From Nitrososphaerota archaeon (GTDB lineage Archaea > Thermoproteota > Nitrososphaeria_A > Caldarchaeales > Calditenuaceae), in contig JBEPYO010000001.1 in the NCBI GenBank assembly GCA_041641295.1, forward strand, positions 512,001 to 576,000: 64,000 nt of DNA. Direction: 5' to 3'. Below, in pieces: positions 50,188 to 59,318 of the stretch. Every line of letters begins with the position of its first letter. Positions within the stretch are counted from its first letter, which is position 1. The notes under the pieces were generated by a model. The model saw only the letters and a program-made list of their open reading frames with translations. It searched no databases and was not told the origin of the DNA. The position numbers were made by a program, and so were the translations under genes.

Positions 50188-50874
50188 TTGAGAAACTCCA
50201 CATTTATCGCGGTTTGGGAGGGGACGGACGGGTCAGGGAAGACAACGCTGATGAAGCGTGTAGCACGAGTACTCTCTAGGCGCGGCTTCAAGGTAGTCAC
50301 ACACAAGACGCCGGGAGCCATGCAGAGCGGAAGATTCGCGGTCTCATACGGCAACAGCCCAAGAATCTCACCCCTGAGCAGGATGATGCTCTTTCTCGCC
50401 AACACGGTCGACGAGACAGGCGCGATGGTCAGAAAGGTCATGCGGTCGAAGCCGGACTTCCTCTTCATAGACAGGTACTATCTCTGCTCCGCTGTCTATG
50501 GTCTCGCACTGATAAGGCATCGGCGGGGGCTCCAAGACCTGCCATCTATAGTTGAGCTGGTTGGTCTCTTGGAGAGGCTTGGTAGGTCCGACTACTTGGC
50601 TCCCGATGTCTATTTGATAGTGGATGTGGGTGAGGAGGAGAGGCTTAGGCGGCTTCGAGGCAAGCGGGGCCGTGAAGGCGTGCTCGAGAGGGATACCGTC
50701 TTCCAGAACATGGTGAGGGAGATATACGACGAGTTCAGCAAGTCTAGGCCCGGCCAAGTAATCAAACTTCTAAACGAGCCAAATAGGCTCGAGGAGCTCG
50801 CAGATTCAACCGCAAGTAAGCTGGCTGAGCTGAGGGCACAGGCATTATCGGCGCAACAGGCGCAAAAACCTTAA
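50188..50874 (+). CDS. tmk: Thymidylate kinase family protein
   Basis: EGTDGSGKTT, LFLAN, IDRYYLCSAVYG, PDV. Confidence 0.85.
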   Translation: MRNSTFIAVWEGTDGSGKTTLMKRVARVLSRRGFKVVTHKTPGAMQSGRFAVSYGNSPRISPLSRMMLFLANTVDETGAMVRKVMRSKPDFLFIDRYYLCSAVYGLALIRHRRGLQDLPSIVELVGLLERLGRSDYLAPDVYLIVDVGEEERLRRLRGKRGREGVLERDTVFQNMVREIYDEFSKSRPGQVIKLLNEPNRLEELADSTASKLAELRAQALSAQQAQKP

Positions 50875-50917
50875 TCTTAAAGCCAGTCAACTCCTCTTCC
50901 CGAAGAGTGTAATCCGC

Positions 50918-51493
50918 ATGTCGTCGCATCTCATACGGAGTTTCGTGGCAGTTGACGTATTCTCGCCGGAGATTGTCAGAGGAGTTAGGGCTATTCAGCA
51001 GGAGCTGATAGAGGCCGGGGTCTTGGGTAAGCCGGTGGACCCTGAGAGCCTCCACATAACTCTCATCTTCTTGGGCGAGCTGGAGCCTCCGGTTGTTGAG
51101 AGGGTTAAGGAGCGTTTATTAGGGATTGAGGTTAGGCCGATGCGCCTATTGTTGAAGGGTGTTGGATACTTCCCGGGCGGTTCTAGGGTAAACGTCATCT
51201 GGATAGGCGTCGAGGATGTTGATTCTCAGCTTACGGCGGTCCAGCGTGAAGTGGTTTCGAGGCTCTCCGAGCTGGGATTCACACCCGACAAGGACTTCAA
51301 GCCCCACATAACAATCCTAAGGGTCAAGGGCGTCAGAAACAAGTCGGAGGTCCTATCAAAGCTATCCCGGCTCTCCACCCACACTGTGGGAGAGATCGTA
51401 GTAGATAGGGTCAAGCTTAAGAAGAGCACACTCAGGCCTGAAGGCCCGATATACGAGGACCTACACGTCTATGGGCCTACCCAGTCTGCTTAA
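50918..51493 (+). CDS. thpR: RNA 2',3'-cyclic phosphodiesterase (2H, LigT/ThpR)
   Basis: RSFVAVD, LHITL and PHITI (two HxT motifs), GPIYE. Confidence 0.93.
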   Translation: MSSHLIRSFVAVDVFSPEIVRGVRAIQQELIEAGVLGKPVDPESLHITLIFLGELEPPVVERVKERLLGIEVRPMRLLLKGVGYFPGGSRVNVIWIGVEDVDSQLTAVQREVVSRLSELGFTPDKDFKPHITILRVKGVRNKSEVLSKLSRLSTHTVGEIVVDRVKLKKSTLRPEGPIYEDLHVYGPTQSA

Positions 51494-51857
51494 TAGCCAG
51501 CCTAATCTCCTCGCTCTTCCTCAAGACGCTTAGAAGGGAGTCTATAGTCCTCGCGGTCTCCTCTATCTCGCTCAGGTCCACAGACTCGGCAAGCCTGCCA
51601 GTCAGCTCGTCTATCTTCCCGACTACAACACCCTCGAGGCTGGTTAGGACGATGGGTAGGAGGGCTCTCCCAGACTCTGCCTGATCCCTCACAACCACTA
51701 CTGGCTTATCACAGGCAACGCATCTAAGCTCCCCTCTTATCTCGAAGAGCGGGTTGCCGCAGGCAGGGCATGTCTGTGCAAGCATCTTCCCCCCGGCCTT
51801 CAGCACCTCGCTCATCCTCTTTACAACGTCGTCCCTGCTCAGAGCCACCACCCTCAC
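51477..51857 (-). CDS. UPF0148 / autoantigen p27-like zinc-ribbon protein
   Basis: GGKMLAQTCPACGNPLF...CVAC. Confidence 0.85.
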   Translation of the reverse strand: MRVVALSRDDVVKRMSEVLKAGGKMLAQTCPACGNPLFEIRGELRCVACDKPVVVVRDQAESGRALLPIVLTSLEGVVVGKIDELTGRLAESVDLSEIEETARTIDSLLSVLRKSEEIRLAIKQTG

Positions 51858-51891
51858 CTAGCCTTGGGCGCGGAGGATATAAACACGATAT

Positions 51892-52563
51892 TCACACTCC
51901 GCCTGTTTCCGAGCCCTCTACGAGCTTCTCAACCTGCTCCAACGCCTCCAGAATGTCCCCCGCGTGGACATCTGCCCAAATACTTGGCCTACCCCCCACC
52001 TTAACAGTAAACATCCCCATAATCTTCGCCGTCCGCAGCTCCGCTATCGCCCTATCTCCCACATATATGCACTCCTCAGCCCTACAGCCGGCGGACAGTA
52101 GGAGAAGCTCGTAGCCCTGTGGGGAGGGCTTCGGCGCCGCGTCCTCGCTGGTCACTATGATGTCGAAGAGGTCTGGTTTTAGGCCGAGGGCGGAGAGGAC
52201 CTTCTTGGTCAAAGCCCTTCCAGCGTTGGTGTGTAGGGCGATCTTGACTCCGCGGGCCTTAATCCTTCTTAACACATCTTCAACTCCTATACGAGGCTTT
52301 ATGTGGCTGGCCGGCTCCACCATGCGGGAAAGCCTCTCATAGAACTCTGAGCGTGGAATCCCGAGAAGGTCGAGGCTCGCGCTGGTGGTGAGGACGCGGC
52401 TCTTCGCCTCCGCCAGCCTCCTAGCAGCTGCCTCAGAGCTCACGCCAAGCATCTCAGCGACCAAGGCGACAATAGCCTTCTCCAGCTCCTCCACATAGCT
52501 GCGGGAGGAGTAGAGCGTCCCATCCATGTCCAGAGCTAGGAGCCTAAACCTCCTCCGACCCAC
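51892..52563 (-). CDS. HAD-superfamily hydrolase
   Basis: DMDGTL, TNA, KPSP, YVGDR. Confidence 0.92.
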   Translation of the reverse strand: MGRRRFRLLALDMDGTLYSSRSYVEELEKAIVALVAEMLGVSSEAAARRLAEAKSRVLTTSASLDLLGIPRSEFYERLSRMVEPASHIKPRIGVEDVLRRIKARGVKIALHTNAGRALTKKVLSALGLKPDLFDIIVTSEDAAPKPSPQGYELLLLSAGCRAEECIYVGDRAIAELRTAKIMGMFTVKVGGRPSIWADVHAGDILEALEQVEKLVEGSETGGV

Positions 52564-52636
52564 CCGGCCAGACCTCCTCTAGAGCCAGAGGATTCGGCGA
52601 CATAAGCATATAAAAGACCACCACCACGTATACCTT

Positions 52637-52828
52637 GTGAGTACAGGCCAGCGAGTCCTATACCAATGCGTAAAGTGTGGGAAAGTCTTCGAGAGGGAGC
52701 GGGTCTTCAAGGGGACAGGCATTAGATGCCCCTTCTGCGGCTTCCCAGTCCTGAGGAAGGCTAAGCCAGAGACCGCCAAACTGATAAAAACATCTAAACT
52801 ATCTGAGGAGCAGAAACTCTTCTTCTAG
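52637..52828 (+). CDS. rpoP: DNA-directed RNA polymerase subunit P (Rpo12)
   Basis: YQCVKCGK...IRCPFCGFPVLRK. Confidence 0.88.
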   Translation: MSTGQRVLYQCVKCGKVFERERVFKGTGIRCPFCGFPVLRKAKPETAKLIKTSKLSEEQKLFF

Positions 52829-53310
52829 AGCTTGGAATAGATCTTGTCCCACTCTTCCTCGTCCTCAACCTCATCCTCGAGGAGTTCCTCAAAGAGCTCG
52901 TGAGTAACATAGTCCGTGTCCCTATACTTCCTGACCATCTCGTTGTAGAACTTGATGGCGCAGGCCTCACTCTTCAAAACGTCTTCGACCAGTTGCTTGA
53001 TGTTGGTGGGGTCTTTGGGTGGAGGTATGTATCCGCAGCCAGAGGTTGCGAGGAGCTTCGCGAAGTCTAGAACCGGCTCGCCTCCTAGCTGGATTATCCT
53101 CTGAGCCAGCTTCTCGGCATGCTTCAGCTCGTCTTCAGACTGTTTGAGGAGAATAGGCCTCAGCGTATCCGCGTCAATCCCCCTGATCCACTGGGCGGCA
53201 ACCCAGTACTGGTAATGCGCCAGCCACTCATCGGCATAGGCCTTCAGCAGGTCTGACAAGACCTCGTTAATATCTGCCTTAACTATAGAACGACCTGTCT
53301 TACCCAACAC
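52825..53310 (-). CDS. Dps-like (DpsL/thioferritin-type) ferritin-superfamily protein
   Basis: DEWLAHYQYW, ELKHAEKLAQRIIQLGGEP, Cys pair SGC and EACAI. Start uncertain (53307-53340). Confidence 0.85.
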   Translation of the reverse strand: MLGKTGRSIVKADINEVLSDLLKAYADEWLAHYQYWVAAQWIRGIDADTLRPILLKQSEDELKHAEKLAQRIIQLGGEPVLDFAKLLATSGCGYIPPPKDPTNIKQLVEDVLKSEACAIKFYNEMVRKYRDTDYVTHELFEELLEDEVEDEEEWDKIYSKL

Positions 53311-53447
53311 CGATACACCAACTAAATCACCCCACCCCAACTAAAAAAGACTTCCCCAGACTACAAGACACTGAAGGAGCCGTCTAAACACGCCCTTTGG
53401 AGGGGATATCGTAATATTTATCCCCCTCAAAAATAGAGCTTGGAGAG

Positions 53448-53532
53448 GCGGGGGTCGCCAAGTCTGGTCAAAGGCGCAGGGCTGAGGCCCCTGTCCCGTA
53501 GGGGTTCGTGGGTTCAAATCCCACCCCCCGCA
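53448..53532 (+). tRNA. tRNA-Leu (anticodon GAG), long variable arm, no intron, CCA not encoded
   Basis: Acceptor GCGGGGG/CCCCCGC, anticodon arm CAGGG-CTGAGGC-CCCTG, T arm GTGGG-TTCAAAT-CCCAC, discriminator A. Confidence 0.96.
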
Positions 53533-53641
53533 CTGCCTTGCTAGTGAATTGTTAATTCGACTAGATGGGGTGTCCCATGGTGAGTGGTGTTTATTTGGGT
53601 TTGCAGGTTGGCCGTGTATCTCTTTGCCAGTGGAGGGTTCG

Positions 53642-54775
53642 TTAGATTTCCGGCAGGTCAGCTAGGAAACGCTTGTTCAATGCATAGTAGGCCGTTGTCA
53701 TGAAGCCTACGATGAATATTATCAGGACTCCTAGGACTGCGATGACTAGCATGTATGGTATCTCTATGTAGAGGTTTGAGAAGACGAGTGGAGGTAATCC
53801 TTTATCTCCGAGCAATACGAGGTAGGGAAATCGTCCGGCGTCGTTGATGTATTCGCCGAGTATCACCACCAGAATTGCTAGTGGTCCGAGGCCGAGGGCG
53901 AGTCGTGTGACCTCACCAAGTCCCCGCTTGACTCTCCTCCAGATGACAAGAGACAATGCTGCTAGTGACGCTATGACCACCAGTTTACCGGTGAACATTG
54001 GTAGAAGGTTATATGTAGCTTGCACCCCTCCGAGGATGTTATTGTAGAGTAAGGGGGCTTTCTCGCTGAGGGATAATAGGTACCAGAGTCCGAGGATAGG
54101 CTGTAGTGCGAGGAATAGAACTCCGTGCCAAAGGCCAATCCACAGGAATTTCGGCGAGGTGTTACCCCTGATAGCGAAGAACGATGCAGTTATGAATCCT
54201 CCAACAGACATGGCCCCAGCCACCGTGTGGAGTATTAGGGGCGGGTAGATCGGGTTGAGGAAAACTTGGAGCCGCGCCAAGTCTCGTGAACCCTCTAGCG
54301 CCGCAGCGATTCCATACGGAGATGTTATTTCGGCGAAGATGTATCTGAAGCCCATGGGAACCGCGAAGCCTGAAACCGCCATTATGAACCCAATAACTAC
54401 GTGAATACTGGGCTTGACTTTGCCCCATGTATACCAGAACAGGGCTATGCTAGGTATCCGGATTATTATCGCAGAGAGTGCGATGAGGATTGGGTAGAAG
54501 AGAGTGTCTGTGGCGATGGCTAGGAGGGTTGGGAATAGCCCTGCAAGGATGACGGTAATGATTGTCCCCCATACACCGCTGAAAAGTTCATGCACGATAA
54601 GGATTTTGAATACACGTCTCGCCATGATTTCGAGTGAGGGGTCACTTCGACGCCACGCCAGATAACGGGCCATCGCAGATATCCAGCCCGTGCCTATTGT
54701 AATGTTGACGAAGGCTATGTGAACGAGTGTAGCCAATCCTAGGAGATTAAAGCTGAAAAGCTCTGACGTGTTCAC
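53642..54775 (-). CDS. Cytochrome bd oxidase CydA' (CydA-homologous second subunit)
   Basis: LVHIAFV, SGVWG, ILHT, GEYINDAGRFPY. Degenerate CydA fold overlapping the cydA stop. Confidence 0.8.
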   Translation of the reverse strand: MNTSELFSFNLLGLATLVHIAFVNITIGTGWISAMARYLAWRRSDPSLEIMARRVFKILIVHELFSGVWGTIITVILAGLFPTLLAIATDTLFYPILIALSAIIIRIPSIALFWYTWGKVKPSIHVVIGFIMAVSGFAVPMGFRYIFAEITSPYGIAAALEGSRDLARLQVFLNPIYPPLILHTVAGAMSVGGFITASFFAIRGNTSPKFLWIGLWHGVLFLALQPILGLWYLLSLSEKAPLLYNNILGGVQATYNLLPMFTGKLVVIASLAALSLVIWRRVKRGLGEVTRLALGLGPLAILVVILGEYINDAGRFPYLVLLGDKGLPPLVFSNLYIEIPYMLVIAVLGVLIIFIVGFMTTAYYALNKRFLADLPEI

Positions 54776-56346
54776 TCCTCAACACCCGCCCCTCTTCTCA
54801 GTAGTTTAACAAATTCGAGCGGCTTAACTGCGACGAGGTACATCCCATAGAGGCCACCCAAGGCCATGGCTGCGAAAAGAAGCGTAAAAGCAATGATAAC
54901 AGGGGTGGAAAAAGATACCGGCGTTACAAGCTCTTCAGGATATAGGAGCCCGTAGACCGTCCACGGCTTTCTGCCAACCTCGCGAACATACCACCCAAGG
55001 GCCGAGGCTAGAATAGAACCCAGCAGAGTCAGCAGGGCTAAAAGGAATAACAGGTTCTTCCCACCCAAGCGCTTCTCTATAATTCGTACAACACTAGAAA
55101 TAAGCCCCAAGTTGTGGACGGAGCCAGATAGTGCCACAACCGAGACGAGAGCTATGACGCCTGCGGCTATTTTTGTGTAGTACGCCGCGTGTATTGTAGG
55201 TAGCCGTTTCTCAGCCTTGGAGAGGTCTTGGAGGCAGAGGTCTGAGAGCCTGATGCTTCCGGAGGGGCCTGGTCTATAATCTGGAACAACTTCGTAGGCT
55301 ATATCCGCAATAGTCTCGTCCCCGTGCTTTCCGCATGCTCGCCGGAGCTCATCAAATCCTTGAATCGGTCTAGACGGGTCTCCATAGGCGAGGAAGGCTA
55401 GTAAGGGGTTTTGGATGGTTGTTTCGGCTCCCTCCATCATGGCAAACTTAGTGGGCATGAAGGCTGCGACGGCTTTCCCCATGTTGTCACCGAAGACGAT
55501 CGGCTGTATAATGAGTAGTACTAGCAGAATGGGTAGGAAAGACTTGAGGAGTTTTACGTATTTCTGGTCCCCTGTCCTGAAGTGTTTGTACGAAAATGCG
55601 GCGGCTGCTAGTGCTATGCCAATGATGACGGCTGCTGTTACGTTGTGGAGCACGCTCGCTAGAGCATATGGGGACGAGAGGGCGATATATGGGTCGCTTA
55701 GCGATAGGCCGACTGCCTTGGCTATCTCAGGGTTCTGCAGTATCTGTGACGCTGTGCCAACTGTGAGGAGGCTATCAACTAGGGCTAGCTTGACAGTTAC
55801 AAGAACGGGTATTTGGAATGCGGCTGGACCGTATTCAGGGAGGAAGGGGTAGAGGACGGAGGCCAGCGGACCAGTCCCCCACGGTACGTTCAGCCAGCTG
55901 TTAACCATTGTTATCAGCATCCCGGAAAAGGCTGCAAAGACGAAATACCCAGCCATTAAGCCGATGCTGACCCACATCCTCACCCATCTCAGGGTCACGA
56001 TAAAGGCTATGAGGAAAACGATTTCTCCGATGAAGGCAGCCAACTCTAGTACTAGGGGTGTAAAGGCTACGGTTGATATTGCATAGATGGAGCCAGGCCA
56101 TGCCTGAACAAGCCCAAACTCAACCAGTGTGCCTGTTATGGCCCCGAGGGCGAAGTTGACGGCTAAAACACCTGTCGCAATCCGCGCAGCCACATAGTAG
56201 TCATTATCCTTAGTCCTAGCCCATTTGTATAGAAACGCTGAAATGACGAAGGGAAAACCCAGCGTCACGGATACGAAGACCGCGTGTAGATAGATTCCTA
56301 GGATGCTTACGGGCATCAGAGCAGAAACGTTATCATAGGCTGCCAC
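54772..56346 (-). CDS. cydA: Cytochrome bd quinol oxidase subunit I
   Basis: YLHAVFV, FALGAITG, ELAAFIGE, NSWLNVP, LHN, PTKFAMMEG, GWYVREVGRKPW. Confidence 0.92.
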   Translation of the reverse strand: MAAYDNVSALMPVSILGIYLHAVFVSVTLGFPFVISAFLYKWARTKDNDYYVAARIATGVLAVNFALGAITGTLVEFGLVQAWPGSIYAISTVAFTPLVLELAAFIGEIVFLIAFIVTLRWVRMWVSIGLMAGYFVFAAFSGMLITMVNSWLNVPWGTGPLASVLYPFLPEYGPAAFQIPVLVTVKLALVDSLLTVGTASQILQNPEIAKAVGLSLSDPYIALSSPYALASVLHNVTAAVIIGIALAAAAFSYKHFRTGDQKYVKLLKSFLPILLVLLIIQPIVFGDNMGKAVAAFMPTKFAMMEGAETTIQNPLLAFLAYGDPSRPIQGFDELRRACGKHGDETIADIAYEVVPDYRPGPSGSIRLSDLCLQDLSKAEKRLPTIHAAYYTKIAAGVIALVSVVALSGSVHNLGLISSVVRIIEKRLGGKNLLFLLALLTLLGSILASALGWYVREVGRKPWTVYGLLYPEELVTPVSFSTPVIIAFTLLFAAMALGGLYGMYLVAVKPLEFVKLLRRGAGVEE

Positions 56347-56565
56347 ATACAGCGAGAGTGATGCTAATACACATTAACATTTTACCTCTGTTTTACAAAT
56401 TAAAATTTAGACATATTCATGTTTATTTAATTGCTCAAGACTACACTCCAGACATCATAGCGTTTTGGGGTGTTGGATAGAGCCCTCTATTTTTGGTTGT
56501 TATTGGTTTTTAGATGCCTCGAAAAATTGTGTATCGATTATACTGTCGGGATGGTAGGGTAGGAT

Positions 56566-56862
56566 TTAGGAGGCTCCGAGTATGAAGAATGCGATGGCTA
56601 TTCCGTAGATGGCTAGGGCCTCTCCGAAAGCGGCGATGATTATTGCCACCGTCCTGACTTCGGGCCTCTCGGCTGATGCTGCGAGCCCGGCCGATCCTGC
56701 TCGGGATATGGCGAAGCCGGATGCGAGGACTGCTGCGCTGAAGGCTATGGCGGCGGCGAAGACCTTGCTGAAGATGTCGGACGTAGCCTCAACAGCGAAG
56801 ACAGCCGGTAGCAGCGACATGGCCAGTAGCGCACCATTGATTATGTGTATTCTCGTATTCAA
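56566..56862 (-). CDS. atpK: A-type ATP synthase proteolipid subunit K/c
   Basis: AERPE loop and FGEALAIYG (ion-binding Glu); N-terminal signal-like helix. Confidence 0.9.
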   Translation of the reverse strand: MNTRIHIINGALLAMSLLPAVFAVEATSDIFSKVFAAAIAFSAAVLASGFAISRAGSAGLAASAERPEVRTVAIIIAAFGEALAIYGIAIAFFILGAS

Positions 56863-56998
56863 GGTGCTTCGGCTCTAAAGATAGGTACTCACATATATAC
56901 CGTAGGCACAGGCTATCCCGGCGCCCCCGCGCCTCTTTTGTAGCAGGCGAGTAGTGTGGAAAAATAGAAATTATGCGTCGCAGAGGAGGGGGGGCGGT

Positions 56999-57472
56999 AT
57001 GCCTGTCAAAGTTGGGGACAAGGCTCCGGATTTCTCGCTGCCCGACCAAGACAGGAATCTGAGGAGGCTATCCGACTATCGCGGCAAAAAGGTTGTATTG
57101 GTCTTCTTCCCAGGCGCCTTCACCTCTGTATGCACGAAGGAGATGTGCACCTTCCGGGACAGCCTCTCCCAGTTCTCAAAGCTGAACGCAGAGGTCATCG
57201 GAATAAGTGTTAACGACCCCGTCACGCTGAAGGCCTTTGCTGAGCATAACAAGCTCGGCTTCACGCTGCTCTCGGACTATTCGAGGGAAGTTGCCAAGAA
57301 ATATGCAGGGCTCTATGAGGATTTCCTCGGGTTGAAGGGATACTCGGTGGCTAAGAGATCAGTCTTCATAATCGATAGGGATGGTGTCGTGAGGTATGCT
57401 TGGATTTCTGAGGACGCTGGTAAGGAGCCGGACTACAGGGAGGTAGCGGCGGCTCTCGAGAAGATTAGCTGA
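56999..57472 (+). CDS. bcp: Peroxiredoxin (BCP/PrxQ family)
   Basis: [30 protein letters not shown]. Confidence 0.93.
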   Translation: MPVKVGDKAPDFSLPDQDRNLRRLSDYRGKKVVLVFFPGAFTSVCTKEMCTFRDSLSQFSKLNAEVIGISVNDPVTLKAFAEHNKLGFTLLSDYSREVAKKYAGLYEDFLGLKGYSVAKRSVFIIDRDGVVRYAWISEDAGKEPDYREVAAALEKIS

Positions 57473-58232
57473 GCATTACGGTTCCGCCGTCCACCACTAT
57501 CACCTGCCCGTTCACGTAGCTGAATAGGTCTGAGGCCAGTGCGAGGGCCACGGTAGCGACTTCCCGCGGCTCCCCCCACCTCTTCATCGGAGACTCTTGG
57601 GCGAGCCTCCTCCTCTCTGCGGGTTTGAGGCGTCTATAGGTCGCGCTGGTTCTGATGTTTCCAAGCGCTAGGGCGTATGTCCGTATTCTGAGCCTGTCGT
57701 ATTCCGCAGCTATCAACTTCATAAGCCCGATCAGTGTGAGCTTGGCTAGAGAGTAGGCGGCTCCATACCTGTACCATGTGAGGGCTGGTGTGGAGGATGT
57801 GAAGATCATTACTCCTCCTCGCCTACTCATTATCGGTATGGCTGCCTGGGCTAGGCTTAGGGCTGTGTAGAAGTCTGCGGCCATTATGTCTCTTATGGTG
57901 TTGATGTCTAGCTTGTCTATGCTTTTATACCATGTTGATGGTTTGAGTCTGGCTCCTACGTAGCTGACTATTATGTCAAGCCCGCCTAGTTTTTGGGCCG
58001 CGGCCTTCACCACCTTGGCCGCTTCGCCCGGCCTGGTTAGGTCTGCCGGGATAGGTATCGCCTCTCCTCCCCGCGACTTTATCTCTGACGCCAGACCCCT
58101 CAACAGGCTTGCGCGCCTCGCCACCAGTGCGAGCCTCGCCCCGTGTTCTGCGAAGACCCTCGCTGTCTCCTGCCCTATCTCGCTCGTCGCCCCCGCTACG
58201 AGCGCCCGCCTCCCTTCTAGGAGCATAACCAT
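57465..58232 (-). CDS. Short-chain dehydrogenase/reductase
   Basis: [32 protein letters not shown]. Confidence 0.92.
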   Translation of the reverse strand: MVMLLEGRRALVAGATSEIGQETARVFAEHGARLALVARRASLLRGLASEIKSRGGEAIPIPADLTRPGEAAKVVKAAAQKLGGLDIIVSYVGARLKPSTWYKSIDKLDINTIRDIMAADFYTALSLAQAAIPIMSRRGGVMIFTSSTPALTWYRYGAAYSLAKLTLIGLMKLIAAEYDRLRIRTYALALGNIRTSATYRRLKPAERRRLAQESPMKRWGEPREVATVALALASDLFSYVNGQVIVVDGGTVMLS

Positions 58233-58689
58233 CTACTTCAGCCGGGTCTCGTATAGCTTTATCATGGCCAGATGCCTCGGCACTTTCCAGCGAGACATGG
58301 ACAGTATCCTCAGCGCCTACTTCGCGGAATATCCAGCCCCTCCCCAGAAACCTCACTGCGAGGACTGGCTTGGGGTTGAACTCACCGCCGCAATGAGGGC
58401 ACCTGATCCTAAAGAGCTCTGTGAACCTGAGCAGCCTCTCAAGCTGGTCGGGCCTGACGTATATAGAGGCCCTGTTCGTCGACTTCACCTCTATTGCGTA
58501 GAGCTCCCCATCCTCGACTACTAGTAGGTCGGGCTTGTATGTCTTACCTGTCCCACTCCCGGGTGTCCTCACCGCATAGTAGCCGGGCTTGTTGAGGGTA
58601 GTGAACTTCTTCATCAGATAGTATTCGCCCTCGTAGCCTATTCGGAGCCTGTAGGACCTCTTGAAAGGGGAGGCCGGCCTCCGCGGCAT
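57976..58689 (-). CDS. hjc: Holliday junction resolvase Hjc (PD-(D/E)XK), ORF extended over the SDR gene
   Basis: GYEGE, VRTPGSG, KPDLLV, AIEVKST, LAVRF. Confidence 0.8.
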   Translation of the reverse strand: MPRRPASPFKRSYRLRIGYEGEYYLMKKFTTLNKPGYYAVRTPGSGTGKTYKPDLLVVEDGELYAIEVKSTNRASIYVRPDQLERLLRFTELFRIRCPHCGGEFNPKPVLAVRFLGRGWIFREVGAEDTVHVSLESAEASGHDKAIRDPAEVDGYAPRREAGARSGGDERDRAGDSEGLRRTRGEARTGGEARKPVEGSGVRDKVAGRRGDTYPGRPNQAGRSGQGGEGRGPKTRRA

Positions 58690-58890
58690 GAATATCAACC
58701 ACGCTCGGGGAGGCTATAAGGAGTTCACAACTCAAGGCTAGGAGAGGCTACGCTGGTCATAACCCGGATTGATTCGCATTCTGAGAATTTAATCGAATTA
58801 TACCCTATTCACGGTTCATGCATTGCCGTGAAAAGGTGTGCATGATTGTCTTCCAGTTTAATACCGTCTTAGGGGATGTGGGCTTGGTGA

Positions 58891-59244
58891 GTGGCCTTGG
58901 CATGCTTCATCACACCTCTGGTTGTAGCAATTCTGTTGAGCATGGTTGGAAGGGCTGCTCCGAGCTGGGGGAGGCGGCTTGGGCCCCTCAGTCTACTGAT
59001 GTGGGGTGGAGCAGTTGGTCTTATGGCAGACCATGTCGTAAATGGGGAGCTGGCTCCTCGGCCGCCATTCCTGACAGGCTGGAACCCGGCGGCTGGCCTA
59101 TATCCTCTCCTCGAGGAGGTGCTGTTTACCGGCGGTCTTATAACCGCGTCGATATCCACTCTCTGGATGTTCGCTCTCTTGATTCATAGGTCCCGCGCCG
59201 CAGCTAGTTTTACTAAGATTCGAGGCCCGTTTAGGAGCAGCTAG
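58891..59244 (+). CDS. Conserved 3-TM hypothetical protein
   Basis: (M)ACFITP...LMWGGAVGLMADHVVNGEL...PPFLT. Start probably TTG at 58897. Confidence 0.7.
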   Translation: MALACFITPLVVAILLSMVGRAAPSWGRRLGPLSLLMWGGAVGLMADHVVNGELAPRPPFLTGWNPAAGLYPLLEEVLFTGGLITASISTLWMFALLIHRSRAAASFTKIRGPFRSS

Positions 59245-59318
59245 ACATGCCAGCTGGTTCGCGACACCCTGTGGACTAATGTTTAAATGTGAATTTTATT
59301 GTCTAGCGGCTAACTAAC

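Noticed and set aside
50076-50468. Apparent N-terminal extension of the DUF54 protein (260-aa ORF)
   Set aside because: It overlaps tmk on the opposite strand; family similarity begins at the ATG at 50075.
53533-58900. Integrated element at tRNA-Leu
   Set aside because: I found no integrase and no duplicated tRNA 3' end, and the downstream genes (atpK, bcp, hjc) are housekeeping.
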